From NCBI GenBank assembly GCA_964270895.1, contig OZ185444.1: 64,000 bases of DNA, one strand, 5' to 3'. The position numbers and the translations under genes were made by a program. Each line of letters opens with the position of its first letter. The stretch's first letter is position 1. Below the pieces are notes generated by a model. It was not told where the DNA came from. It ran no database searches and saw only the letters and a program-made list of their open reading frames with translations. Shown here one piece after another: positions 1 to 12,527 of this stretch. The DNA comes from Podarcis filfolensis (lineage: Eukaryota).

Positions 1-456
1 CAATGCAGCCACATCCTAATTTTACAAAGAAAACTACTGTAACCATTTGCAAAATAATCTGAAGTGTCAATAGCATACAAAAAAGTGTTTTGTGCAATAT
101 CAAGGCAGCACCAGGTCCGTGGGATGCATCTTAAGGTTTCCTTATGGGATTTCAACACCATTTGTATCTCATTTTGTCTATTTAATCAGAGAGCAGGAGC
201 AGGCAGTGGATACAGCAGCAGAACCAATCCAGTTCTCTGATCAGTGTGTCTACAGAATCCCGACTCTGCCTCCACCCAAGCAAGCTATAGCACCACCAGT
301 GTTGGGAGTGCAGCTCTGTCCCCTTACACCAGCCACTATTGTCAGTGGTTTTCTGAAAGCCCCCGTGTCTGAGCAGGCCTTTAGACTCCACTCCCAGCAT
401 CCCACTCATTCAACCATGCAATCTTCTACATTAACTTGTGAGATCTGATTTCTCAC

Positions 457-585
457 CTCACTAGCAGCATAGGTGTAGAGCACTTTATTTTTTATCACAA
501 ACCACAGGTGTTTCCATGGTTTTTTGCTGCCCTTTGATCTGTATAAATAGCCACTCATTGAAGAATCTTCTGTACTTGCAGATAC
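457..585 (-). CDS. FGD6: FGD6 coding exon 19 (start of C-terminal PH domain: VSASTEDSSMSGYLYRSKGSKKPWKHLWFVIKNKVLYTYAASE)
   Basis: Manual translation matches recalled FGD6 sequence; acceptor tttcag, donor GAG|gtgaga; 129 nt, phase 0-0. Later exons fall outside the window. Confidence 0.95.
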
Positions 586-3196
586 CTGAAATTAGAACAA
601 ACATGGTACTCGTAAGAGTGCATGAGATTGAACAAATAATGTTTTGATTATACCAACATTCTTTATCTAACCGGAAATGTTGGTATCAATATATTTATTA
701 TAATCCTGCTAAAAAGGCCTGAAATAACATAACATTATACATGATGCTAAGGATATGCCACAATTTCCAGCTGAGAAAACCTGAGCTCTTACAGTAAGTT
801 GCTAGGCCCTGGTAACTCGTGCTGTGTTTTCCAGGACTGGTTATAATCCTTTCAGCACTCATTTCAAAGCAGAATTGAAGTTCTACTCAAAATAGATCTA
901 TGGAAATTAATGAACCTAATTTAGTTGTGTAAATTAACTTCATTGGGCCTACTCTGAGCAGGGCTACCATTGAATACAACCTTGAACTCATTTGAACACC
1001 TTGAAATATAGCAATAAATATGATCAAGAATCTCAGTACAAACTAGGAGTTAGTTAATGAAAGAGTTGGAGGAAGAGGAGACATTTCCTTGAAATGGAAG
1101 GTGGTATACAATGTTCTCTGAGCATGCTGTATGTTCCATATGTGTGCTGAGCACGTGCTAAGGTGAAGCAATGTAAAACATATTGCAGATATTCTACTAC
1201 TCCCACAATGCAGATATTCTCTCCAAAAAGTGGCTTTCCTACAATAGGTGTCTGTTACATCCCAAGAGGGATTCCAAACCATGAAATTGTCTCAATTTTT
1301 CATTTTCACTGTTCTTCAGAAGGATGAGTAATAAATTTTTAGTAACCTAAGGCTACCACAAGATGATTCCAGTGACTATTAAAAGGCAAGGACGACTGGG
1401 TTAGATTAGAATGAGTAGTTGGGACATAAAGGATTGTTAGTCTCAAATCAGAACAATGCGAGTGACTGCAAGGCATGCCAGGTGTATCCCCTGACAGAAA
1501 GTGCTATAAAAGAAAGTTGTTGTTCTAATTAATATTTTCCAATAGATGCATCTTCCTAGATTTTACCCTATGATGATAATTTTAATGCAAACTGTAGAGA
1601 GAGGATTTATACACACCTTTTAAAATTCCTAACTGCAGCTTCAAGTACAGTTCAATGTGAACAGTATGGATGAAAGCACCCAACACTATTTTCAACAGGA
1701 CATAGCTATAAAGGGTAATAAAGCTAAAAGGTATTCTAAATAAATTCACCACTTTTCCAGAAAGAGATGCCTTTAGCATGAAAAATCAATTGGCAGTAAG
1801 ACAGCATCCCTAGAGAGAGAGATGGGCCAAACTGCACACTGCACTTTTCTGCGTCAACAATCTATCAAGGCAGCATATTGAAGGTACTGCACGTAACATC
1901 CAGGGAACGTGCATGTGCAATACACACAGAGAATACATCAAGAATTAAAGTAACTCCAAACAACAGGGGGTGCTAAAAGGTTTCCTACAGCAACAGCTGG
2001 TATATGGACACAATTAAGCTACATAAATAATTTGTTTCATGAAATTCCTCAGGCTGTATGATGTTTCTTTGGGAAGCAGACAAGGGGGGAAAGGTTGCCT
2101 AATTGAGATTCTGCGAAAGCTCTGCATCAGTATATGCAAAGAAATAGCATACTACCATGCTAAATATGAGCACCGTAAATATTCAACTGAAATGGGACAG
2201 AACAGCAATTCATATGCATAAATATATTTTCCTTTTTGCAGCTTAACAAATAATTATCCAGTCATTTTTAAATTTTGATATTGCATGAACATACGTTCAC
2301 AAAAATCATACCCAGCGTTGTGGAAGCCTCCCCCCATCTCTGCCATCTCTTTCTATAACTCTTCTATGAGTCTCCTGAACAGTCTCCTCCTCCTAACAGA
2401 CTCTATTTCTCTCTTTCACTTTGGGAATGCTGCGTTGTGACTATTCATTTCCCACATGGTGCAGTAGAATATTAATACAACTGTATAAATGGAAGTCTGC
2501 AACAACATATGTGGCCTACTGGAGCACAAGTACTTTGCCCAAGAATGTTGAAGCAAGTAGAGAGGAAGGTACGAAGGACAGCCCTTCCCACTCTTTTAAC
2601 CTGGTGACCAAAATAGAAATGTTTGTGCAAATCACTGGTATTTCACCAACTGCAAGAAGCACAAGAAATATAATGGTCAGGTTTCTACATACTAAACCAA
2701 AGACCTCACATAGTCATCTCTTCCATCTATGTGCCCAGAAGAATTTTTGCAAAGTTTAGTTTAACTCTGAAAGTTAAACGTTAGCGTTGGGATCCCTGGT
2801 TTGTACCTGGCTTAAATCTAACAAGTCATGTACTTGGTCCCATAATAAGAGGTAAGAGGGAGGAAGGTTTTATTCCACCATGCTTCCCACAATTCAAATT
2901 CCCTAGCCATGGAAGGAATTGGAGACAGGTAACACAGGGCAATAAAATATCTGGGGCAGAGAAGGAGATTTGATAGCAGCAATGGGTTGCACCAAGAGAG
3001 CAGCACAGTGCTAATTAATCTTCAACCACACCTGACTAAATATATTTCAACTATCTGTCCTACTATAAGTCTATACTAAAAAAAGTAAGATGCCCCACTC
3101 AAATAGATATCCCTTCTAAAAGCATTTTACTAAAGATTAGCAATGACGCCGTTAATAAAAACAGATAATTTCATACTTAGACTATGTAACACATAC

Positions 3197-3327
3197 TTCC
3201 TTAAGAGCAGCTGGGATCTTTTTCTGCTTTCTTCCAGATGGGATACTGTGCAACACTGTGGATAAGGTGCTAGACGGAGTTCTGTGGTTTACTGGGGAAC
3301 CATTTTTAGGAGGTGTATTCAGCTTAT
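3197..3327 (-). CDS. FGD6: FGD6 coding exon 18 (DKLNTPPKNGSPVNHRTPSSTLSTVLHSIPSGRKQKKIPAALKE)
   Basis: Recognisable FGD6 motif SVLHSIPSGRKQKKIPAALKE (here TVL...); acceptor catttcag, donor GAA|gtatgt; 131 nt, phase 1-0. Confidence 0.95.
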
Positions 3328-3988
3328 CTGAAATGGAAACAGTTACTTTTGTACTTCATACAAATGGAAACCTCAATTTAAAGTGAATTTCTTCACAAAT
3401 TGCAAGTTTTAAGTGCACACCATCAGCCCACCCTGAGATTATTGTCATTCTAGTTTCTCACATACTATCTGTACATATGAGAGCAATTATATTGCAGTTT
3501 TGAATGTGCTTAAACCTATGGTCCCCTTTTCAGTGAACAAGCCTGCCTTCTGAACACAGCATGATGGTGGACAACTACAGTATTTGGGGGTGATGATTAA
3601 AACAATATTCTCTTGCAAAACTGCTGCAAAATGGATGTAAGCTTTTACTAACACTGCCATCCATATTAAATCAACTGTAAAGTGCAATGCGAGTTAATCC
3701 ATGCACTTATGTAAAACATGAGCAAAGCAGGAAAGGATATTTAATCTGAGAAGTATATTTTCATCTGGAGAACCACATTGTTTAAAACTAAAACGATGTT
3801 GCATTATTATTCTCTTTTGCGAATTTGATTCTGTTCTATTTAATCCTCAAAAAATTGTGCCACTACAAGCCATGCTGAAATGAAGACAGCTCCAACCTAG
3901 CGGGTTTACATGCCCTTAAAATATGTTTGTAGCAAAAACAGAAGCATCAAAAATTGAAAAGCTGGTTTAGACAAAGTTTTTACCTTAC

Positions 3989-4091
3989 CCTGTTTTTGTA
4001 ACTCATTAAAGCAATGGTCACATACTCTTGCAGAGTGATGTTTCATATAGTCTAGCCCATGCTTATTTGATGAACAAGCTTGACAGATTAT
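3989..4091 (-). CDS. FGD6: FGD6 coding exon 17 (second half of FYVE: IICQACSSNKHGLDYMKHHSARVCDHCFNELQKQ)
   Basis: FYVE Cys pairs and RVC motif; acceptor tttccag, donor CAGG|gtaagg; 103 nt. Confidence 0.95.
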
Positions 4092-4184
4092 CTGGAAAGG
4101 AAAAAGAAACATGAAGTACACACACCACACACCTCTAGTTAGCATTTTAAGATGATTAAGATATGTGGTTCAAAACAATCAGAG

Positions 4185-4760
4185 AGCTTTCCTATTAGAG
4201 TCCTGCTGGACCAGGCCAATGACCCATCTAGTCCAGCATCCTTTCTCCGCAATGTTAAGCAGATGCCTATACAATATCCTCACTCAGGCTCCCCAGCAGC
4301 TGGTATTCAAAGGCGTGTCACCTTCAATACGAGAAGCTATGTATAGCCACCCTGACAAGCAGACAGTCATAGCACTTATCCTCTTTGATTTCTTTCTAAT
4401 CCTGTTTTAAAGCCGTCAGAGTTTCTGGACACCATTACATCTTGGGGAAGCAAATTCCATGCATTGTATGAAAACCGTTTTTTATATCCTCTGTCCTGAA
4501 TCTTCTAACATTCCGCTTCATTCAGATTCTGGTATTATGAAAGAGGGAGAAAAATGTTTCTGTATCCACTTCCCCCACATAATACATAATTTTGCACATC
4601 TCTATCATGTCCCCCCACCCCCCCCCCGTTACTTGCTTTCCCCCCTAGACTGAAAAGCCAAAATTGTCGCTTGACTGATAGGAAAGTTTCCCCGGCTCAC
4701 TGAATGCACCGCAGTGTGATCTTATCAAAACTGCAACATTTCCTTAACAGGCTGCAGAGC
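4185..4760 (-). mobile_element. CR1-type LINE 3' fragment, degraded
   Basis: Typical antisense CR1 3' sequence (ctgctggaccaggccaatgacccatctagtccagc ... tttctaatcctgttttaaagcc ... caaattccat); boundaries approximate. Confidence 0.7.
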
Positions 4761-4824
4761 AGTCAAGTCCAACCACTGAATATTTTGATTAATAGCTACA
4801 ATAAGGCTGTGAAATGTTTCCAAC

Positions 4825-4971
4825 CTTCCCACATGCTCTGCAATGGTGTCTTCTCCATGTGAGTGTGAACTCACTAGTACAGATCATACACATGGTAGCT
4901 CTAGTATCAGGAATCCAGATTGGCGCCTTTGACCCTATAGGACTATCTTCGGTCTCTTTTTCTGGGTCTGC
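4825..4971 (-). CDS. FGD6: FGD6 coding exon 16 (first half of FYVE: ...[37 protein letters not shown])
   Basis: WxxD and R+HHCRxCG FYVE signatures; acceptor cccttag, donor AAG|gttgga; 147 nt. Confidence 0.96.
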
Positions 4972-5714
4972 CTAAGGGAGAGAGGAAAGAAAATCTCACA
5001 TGATTACAGATTTAAAGAAACAACCACCATGATGTTCTAGTTTTCTAACTAGTGCTGTACATATTACAACTCTTCACCAGGTGATGAAATTGAACTGAAT
5101 TATTTTTAGCAGACTTCAGTGTGAATTTGGGGGTGTGGGAAGGGAACGGGACAGAAAGCTTTCATCAAGGAGGCATAGGGGGAGGAGATCATTTGGGCCT
5201 ATTGCATATATTTGAGATTCAACTGCAGAAAACTCCCCCAAGAGGAGCATGTTTTAACAAATGTTTTAATTTGTTACTTTACTATCAAGCATCTGGTGGG
5301 GAACTAAAACCTACCAGCAGGGCAGGACACTGTAGAGAGAAAAAAAATGTCCATTTGCAGGTGAAGGCTGATTCCAAATCGCACCAGCAAATGGGCAAAG
5401 TGGGTTTTGCTGACCGCAAGCCCTTTCTGCTGCACAAGGGAGTTCCTGACAGAGAACTCCTTCATGCAGTTGGTCCCAATGGGGCTCACAGTGCCATTGA
5501 GATGAATGGAGCCATCAGTGAGCCACACATGCAAAGGAACAATCAGGAGCTTATTTTAAGGTCCCAACTGTTCTTTTGTAGCTACATCCTTACCTGCCCC
5601 ACATCTGACATTACAGGTGAGTGCAATTTGAAGAAAATGGCCTGCAGGCCAAATCACAACCCTTGTTGGGCCTTACTATGCTTGCAGGTCAGAGGTTCCC
5701 CACGCCTATTATTT

Positions 5715-6050
5715 TTCTTAAAACTTCTTATAGTAAGAGTAGTTCAACAATGGGACCGAGTACCTGGTAGAGTAATGGTCTCTCCTTCACTGGTCTTCAT
5801 GCTGGAGGTTATCTGTTGGCTATGCCCTAGCTCTGGATTTCCTGGGTCAAGTATCAAGTTGGACTCTGATGGCCCACAAGCCCTTCAATAGAAGATCACT
5901 CTACTAGGTAATTGATTCCACAGTTGAACTGTTCTTACTGTTAAGATGTTTCTCCTAATGTACTACTGAAAATCATTCTCCAGTAACACACTAGCTATGT
6001 AACAGTTATCAACACAGGACAAACAACTGGCCTTTTCTCCTGACATTAAA
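5715..6050. mobile_element. Two degraded CR1 3' fragments in opposite orientations
   Basis: Plus-strand piece translates LLIVRVVQQWDRVPGRVMVSPSL, resembling the CR1 ORF2 C-terminus; followed by antisense CR1-like sequence (ttccacagttgaactgttcttactgttaag). Confidence 0.55.
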
Positions 6051-6157
6051 CACTTGTGCCTTTGGCATGCATAACAGGTCTATGGACCCAAATCACCATC
6101 ACTGCCATACATCACTGTGTACAAGCAACAATTTGGACCAGAACAATTTGGACATAC

Positions 6158-6260
6158 CTCTTCAATACTTTTACTGGGGTTAAAAGTGATTCTTTTCTTT
6201 GTATATTCTTCGATTGACCTGGAGATGGCTTCTAACCATTCATCTCTTTCCGTGGCAGAA
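6158..6260 (-). CDS. FGD6: FGD6 coding exon 15 (end of first PH: SATERDEWLEAISRSIEEYTKKRITFNPSKSIEE)
   Basis: PH C-terminal helix with conserved Trp; acceptor ccaacag, donor GAG|gtatgt; 103 nt. Confidence 0.95.
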
Positions 6261-6895
6261 CTGTTGGGGGTAAAACACATATGGCAATTTGTTTATTTAA
6301 AAGCATTTATATACCACTTAATGTTACAGTCTAACAACCAAGTAATGCATCATTAAAACAAAAGCATAATGTAAAACCAATAAAACAGCAATATAAACAG
6401 AGAAACATATAAAAGTGAATCAAACAAAATACAGGAGATTCAAACACATAAATCAGGGTCCAATCTCTTGGGGCAAAAGCCTGGGCAAAAAGTTTTGATG
6501 GTCGCTACTTCATGTATGGCAGAGAGAACGGCATTCCACATTACAGGGAAACAGCAGAAAATGCCCGTTTTCAGGTCACCACCCTATGACATTCTGTAGG
6601 GTGCTGTAAAGTAATAATTTTCCAGTTGATCTATGTGATCTTACACATCTCTTTAAGGGCAGGTGGTCTTTCAGGTAACCAGGTCCCAAGTTGTTTAGGG
6701 CTTTATATGTTAACAACAAGACATTGAACATGGTCTAGTAGCTGATTGTAAAGCAACTTTCTCACACCCAACATAACTAAGCAGCTTATCCTTTTATCAC
6801 AACATTTACCGTAACTAACCAGTAAATATTGAGGAGAAAGCACTAAGCAATACTTTGTTATCAAAATACACATAATGTTGTGCCTAAAGGCATAC

Positions 6896-6975
6896 CTTGC
6901 TGACAGAATGAAAGATCGCTCTACACTTTCTATGTTTAGTTCATTCTGGTAAGCTTCATGGGTTGGCTTTCTAAC
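6896..6975 (-). CDS. FGD6: FGD6 coding exon 14 (VRKPTHEAYQNELNIESVERSFILSAS)
   Basis: Matches FGD6 PH region; acceptor ttcctag, donor AAG|gtatgc; 80 nt. Confidence 0.95.
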
Positions 6976-8070
6976 CTAGGAAGGAAAAAGAATGAATAAT
7001 CCAGTTGTAAAACAAGAAAAACAAATGTTCTGTCAACCTGCCATCTCAAAAGGCTTAGCAAAGGAAAAAGGCATAACAAACCAGTACAGTAGTTTCAGAA
7101 ATTAGAAGCAGAAGACAATTTCAACACACACACAAAAGGAGTAACATTTGCAGGAGAAAAAATAGCTTTTAATTTGGGAAGCCCAGATATTGGAATGATG
7201 AAAATATTTGGCCTGGTTCGCACATCACAGTAAGCTGAAACATGCCTAAGAGTGAAGATACCAACTCCCAGGGACGAGATCGTGGCAGATTCACTCCTCC
7301 TCAGTCCTTCACTTTGGTTTAGCATGCCATCCATATCTGGGCTTGTAGTTCTGGTCTCTCCAGAGTAACCATGAGCCATAAACCAACAACAATCCTCGGC
7401 TACAGCTCATGGTTAGTCTGGAGGGATTTAAACCACAAGCCTGCATTCAAACAACAAACCAAGCCATGGCTAAATTCAGCATGGTACAGCAGCAAAATTA
7501 CTGCAGAGAGGCAAAGTGGCCATGATCTCCTCCCTGGGTGTCTGTGCTATGCTAAGACATGGCTTGTCTTAATGTAACACGTAAACCAGACCATTTTTTT
7601 CTCAGACCATTTTTTAGCATGAGAGGGGGCCTATTCTGCAGTGCTCCCCTTCCTAAGTTGTGGAGTGCTCGTTCCTCAAAGACAGATCTTGCACAGTATG
7701 TCTTTTGTTGGCATAGCCTTTGGGGAAGGGCCGGGGACTGTGGTGGACTGTATTGTACAAAGATAAGGTATCTTCCTTCAACTGAATACTGTTTTAAATT
7801 GTTTTGATCACAAACTAATACAGTTTTATGAGACTGTGTATTTTTGACTTGATGTTACATTGCTTTATCTATGAATGTACCCTGGGACTATTAGTGAAGC
7901 AGGGAAAGATACACATAACAAACATGTTACAAGCACAAAAGGCTATCAGTAAATGAAAGACTGTATTCTTTATCAGCATTTAGTATGTCTTAGCACACAT
8001 TAAATGTCTGGGCAGGCATTCAAGCTGTGAGTGACAAAAACATGTTACAGAAGAAATTTTATCTACTCAC

Positions 8071-8154
8071 TTTCATTCCAGCCAGTGACAGCATGTTGTT
8101 GAGTTTATACATTCCAGACTGTACGGGAGTTGTATACAGCAGAGCATCATTAAA
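8071..8154 (-). CDS. FGD6: FGD6 coding exon 13 (FNDALLYTTPVQSGMYKLNNMLSLAGMK)
   Basis: PH motif FNDxLLY; acceptor attgcag, donor AAA|gtgagt; 84 nt. Confidence 0.96.
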
Positions 8155-8370
8155 CTGCAATATAAATATTTTTAAAAAGTAACTGAAATTACATGTAACA
8201 TATAGGGACTTTTGTACGTTATACATATCAACTTCCACTGACACAGGGCAAGGTGCAAAAGACCATCTCTGCCCTCTTTCTGCCTTCTTTGTTCCCCCAT
8301 TGTTCTTGTTTTTCCTGCCCCTGGGGCAGAAAAGACAAGTAGCAAGGCCTTGCAGAATGCCCCCCTTTCA

Positions 8371-8400
8371 GTGTGTGTGTGTGTGTGCGCGCGCGTGTGC
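8371..8400. repeat. (GT)n(GC)n alternating purine-pyrimidine tract
   Basis: 30 bp of uninterrupted alternation, read directly. Confidence 0.9.
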
Positions 8401-8678
8401 ATTTTGATGACGACAGAAGTGGTGGGATGGGGGGGTCCATTTCCCTTCCACCTTAGGTATGCAGGGCCCATAACAATATTCTGTAGCCAGGCAAGGCAAC
8501 CCAAGTTTGTCCTCTCTGTTAGGAACATCCTGTGACCTTTTTCTCCTCAGGTCCCCATGTGTAGGCTACTCAGCACAAGGATTTCATTAAGTTCCATGCA
8601 CAGGAAGCCATGCTGTGGCCAAAATTCACTGGGACCAGTCAAAATTATGGAGTTAAAATCACCCTGCTGCTTCCATTT

Positions 8679-8724
8679 ATCATCATCATCATCATCATCA
8701 ACATCATCATTATCAACAACAACC
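8679..8724. repeat. (ATC)n microsatellite decaying into (AAC)n
   Basis: Read directly. Confidence 0.9.
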
Positions 8725-9225
8725 ATTATTATTTTTTCTTGCAAAGTTCACCCAAGTGATGTTGAATGCATGAAGCTTAATCAAATTCAGATCTGGCAAT
8801 TTAAATATTAGAAACTTGCTTTTGCAGTATGTCCTTGTTTCCTTGATAAGCAAAGAATCATTTCAATAACATTATTCTAGGATAGATTAAAAAAAATATT
8901 TACAAGTATAGCTAAATGCTAAATAGTTGCCTTGATTGTATTTGATCAAAGACCCTGATGCATCTGAAAAAGAACCTCAGACTTTGAGCAGAACATTTTT
9001 CAAAAATAAATGCTACATAAAAACCACCAAGCAAGAGAGAAAAGATGCTTTATTCATAAAACCACTGTGAAAAGGAGACAATGATAGTATAAACTGAAAT
9101 ATAAATTATTCAAAACCATTAACTGGAGTTGCTAGCTTTTGTTTTTGAAATTGCAGTGGGGACAGACTGCACCCTTATGAAATCACTCTAGCATTAGGTA
9201 TGTAAAAACATCCATGGCATCTTAC

Positions 9226-9294
9226 CAAAAAAAACATTCGTGGCTGCATAACCTTCCTGGACAGTTTCATCAACGTTCCTTCTTTCAAAAAGAC
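9226..9294 (-). CDS. FGD6: FGD6 coding exon 12 (VFLKEGTLMKLSRKVMQPRMFFL)
   Basis: Start of first PH domain; acceptor gcccag, donor TTG|gtaaga; 69 nt. Confidence 0.95.
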
Positions 9295-9615
9295 CTGGGC
9301 ATTCAAGCAAGCAAATAAATGTAGTCAGCTGCTAGGAGTATAAAACTCTCCCAAGGAGAGTGTGAGAGCTGTTCCATTTTCAAACATAGTATTAAGTACA
9401 TACTAGTCAAGAGCCCAATAAGACAACAGAGCAATACTGCAGAGACAGGAAAGGGCACCGCTAAAAGAGAGATGGTGGGATTGCTAGGAGAGAAACAGCT
9501 ACTCCTAGTACTAGAAGTAGTCTGTAAGGCCAGGATGCTGCTTTTGCAAGTCAAGTGGGAATGGGACCTACTCATTCTGCCCAGAGGCAGTATGGCAATG
9601 TGGCCTGGGCAAATA

Positions 9616-9810
9616 CAGGGGTGCCAACTTGAATAAAATATTGGGGGGGCGGGGAGAAGGTAAGCCCCGCCCCACCTAATCAATTACATGACTTGATGCA
9701 CACACACCATTTGTATGACAATACCCATCAATGTTTTTTGGGGGGGGTCCCCTCAAATATTTTATTGGGGAAGCCAAAGGGACCTCAGCCCCTAGGAGTT
9801 TGCTCTTATG
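9616..9810. mobile_element. Non-autonomous hAT-like MITE, aged
   Basis: Left end caggggtgccaact, degraded right end; flanks ggcaaata / gacaaatg match 6 of 8 as a probable TSD. Confidence 0.6.
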
Positions 9811-9964
9811 GACAAATGTTTGGTTGGTTGGCCTAAGCTAGACTTTTCCAGCCTAGTGTCCTCCCGACGTATGGAAATATAATTCCCATCAGTCAGCCAA
9901 CATGATAGGAGTTGGTAGTTCAAAATATCTGCACAGCACCAGGTTGAGCAAGGTTGGTCTAAGC

Positions 9965-10094
9965 CAGTGATGGCCAAACTTGGCCCTCCAGCTGTTTTGG
10001 GACTACAACTCCCATCATCCCTAGCTATCAGTGGTCAGGGATGATGGGAATTGTAGTCCCAAAACAGCTGGAGGGCCAAGTTTGGCCATCACTG
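9965..10094. mobile_element. 130-bp palindromic hAT (Charlie-like) MITE
   Basis: 58-bp inverted arms with a single mismatch, 14-nt loop, perfect 8-bp TSD GTCTAAGC on both sides. Confidence 0.92.
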
Positions 10095-10381
10095 GTCTAA
10101 GCAGACCCCCACAGTGCACTACAAACTAGACTAATGGGCTACAGAAGTGGCACAAACCTTTGTTTGTCTTATTCCCATCACAGGAATTAGCACCTTTGCC
10201 TTTGCAGAGGCAAGAGTTACTGTCACAGATGGAGGTGACTGATGAAACAAAGAAAAAGAAACCCCAGATCTTCCTTTTCCCTTTTAGAACTAAAACCTAT
10301 AAATGGGCCATAAAAGTAGTTTTCACACACTAAGGTTTGTTTGCTTTTTGCAACCTACTGTTTGCTTGTTAGTGAACTTAC

Positions 10382-10453
10382 CCTCCCTGGCTGTACAATC
10401 TCATGATGACCGTTTAAGCTGTACTGTATTTGCATAAGTTTCTGAAAGTTGTC
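10382..10453 (-). CDS. FGD6: FGD6 coding exon 11 (DNFQKLMQIQYSLNGHHEIVQPGR)
   Basis: DH-PH linker matching FGD6; acceptor cctctag, donor AGG|gtaagt; 72 nt. Confidence 0.95.
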
Positions 10454-11242
10454 CTAGAGGGTGGAAGCATAAATAAAGTTCTTGTAAACAAACTGATGAA
10501 AAGTTCCATGGCGGAAGAATCCTCTGTGAACACCAGGGAGCCACACAGGTTGCTCACTCTAATTGGCTCTAGAAGTGTTGAAGTCAAACACACTTCCATA
10601 TTCTATGATGTGTACCAGTATGAAAAAAACTACACAAATCCAAAAAGTAATATTTGCTGAATTAAAGGAGCTGAACACAGGAGATTTAAGCCTTAGGGCC
10701 TAAAACTGCAGGGTTAGCTCTACACACAGGCCTCCACAATTTAACACACACTGCCCATAACAGTAAAAAGCTCCATGTTCCCTCCCTTGTTTTTCATTTG
10801 TAAAGAGACTTTCCAGGCAACACAGATGTGTCATGGTTCAAACTGATATCCACAAGGTTGGGCTTACTAGTATACAGCTAAAGTAAAATGGCAAAATACA
10901 GACAGACAGACAGAGAAATAAAACCCCACAAAGCTGCTGAAAACCATATTAAACTGTCCTTTCAAAAAGCCTTCAAAATGGAAGTCTTTATCCCAGTTTT
11001 TGTCTGTATAGTATTTGAACTGATTTTTCATATGGGCTGTTCTTTTAAATGGATGATATAATATATATGCTTTAAAAATTATATGTTATTCATTTGACTT
11101 TTCTTATATATGTGGCTTTTATATATGTTAATATTATATCATAAATCACTACAGGAAGCCTCATGGGAAGAGATTAATAGATAAATAATATTTATTATCA
11201 TAATTATTATCACCATTATTATTCCATAACTGAGATACTTAC

Positions 11243-11301
11243 TCCCTGTTTCATGATGTCATTAGCATGGTTAGCCACTTCTATCACAACAGCAAGAGCA
11301 T
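11243..11301 (-). CDS. FGD6: FGD6 coding exon 10 (DALAVVIEVANHANDIMKQG)
   Basis: DH C-terminal helix; acceptor tttcaag, donor GGA|gtaagt; 59 nt. Confidence 0.95.
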
Positions 11302-12106
11302 CTTGAAAACAAAACAAAATGTATTTCAGCATTGACTACAGTATGTGTCAGTATTAAAGACACCTAAGTTTAATGGAAAGGACCTTGTATTTCCACACTT
11401 AATGTAAAAGTTGACCAACAAAGTTCAAGATCAAGGGGAAAATACAAGAACAGAAATTTTTTATGCAATATGGTTTAGATTTATTTCATATACATTAACA
11501 AAGAAACATGATTATCGACCACTCACTACTCATGGGGACATGGCAAGACACCTTCATTTAATTTGGAAACATCTGTATAATAATAAATGACACTACTGTG
11601 CTCAACAGGGAGGGTTGGGGAAGGTAATTTTTTGGGTATGTTTTCTAAAGTTGTTATATCTGAAAAGGTAAAGACACTGGAATAAATCTTAAAACAGTAG
11701 TTGGTGTGGGGGGGGGGATACATTTCCACAGCATCAACAAACATCAGGAAAATAGGAAAGAATGCGTGAGATTTTAAACCTCCCAACTGTGAGAGTAAGA
11801 AGCTTATCTTCTCAACAGAGGCAACTAAAAGCTATCAGGCTACATTAGGCCTGAGGAAGGTCTGCAGTCAAACATAATATGGCCTTTGCCCCCTGACACA
11901 GAAGAGTTCATACCCCATGATCCCTCAGTGTTTTTATATCAGGAACCTCTGTAGCCTTAAAATAGCCAGCAAATATAACACAGAGCATTAGCACTGGCCT
12001 TGTAGAAGTTATTTCTGATCTTCATGGATTCCTGAACCAGTGGTGCTTAGATCAGGAGGTATTTAATTCCCCCCACCGATAAAAAAAAGTGTTTTTATAC
12101 ATGTTG

Positions 12107-12170
12107 GAAGATGCCCAGAGTGGCTGGGGCAACCCAGCCAGATGGGCAGGGTATAATTAATTAATTAATC
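12107..12170 (+). mobile_element. LINE/SINE 3' tail, L2-like
   Basis: gcccagagtggctggggcaacccagccagatgggcagggtata followed by an AT-rich simple tail; the same motif recurs at 47180-47250 (-) and 52186-52258 (+). Confidence 0.55.
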
Positions 12171-12476
12171 AAACAAACAAACAAACATGACTGGAAGTGA
12201 AGCAAGGAAATCTCTGGCAATTTCCTCACCCTGGGAGCTTCCTATGCCACCTTTCCTGCTGTTCAGAGGATGCACCCCAATCCTGAGAGCAAACATTCAG
12301 GCCACTGCAAGAGAAGTGTAACCCAAGAAACCTGAAAGTGAAACTTTCTCCCTTGCAGAAACTCTGGATCCAGCCTTGTTGTGGCCGTGCCACCAATGAA
12401 ACGACACACACCCATAAATTCAAGAAGATGTATTTTTTTCATTAAACTATGGACTAACTACTATAAAAGCAATTAC

Positions 12477-12527
12477 CCTGAGTATCTCTGAAGTCAGCCG
12501 AATCTTCTAAGAGGTTCTTTAAATAAT
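12477..12527 (-). CDS. FGD6: FGD6 coding exon 9 (DYLKNLLEDSADFRDTQ)
   Basis: DH domain segment; acceptor ttccacag, donor CAGG|gtaatt; 51 nt. Confidence 0.93.
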
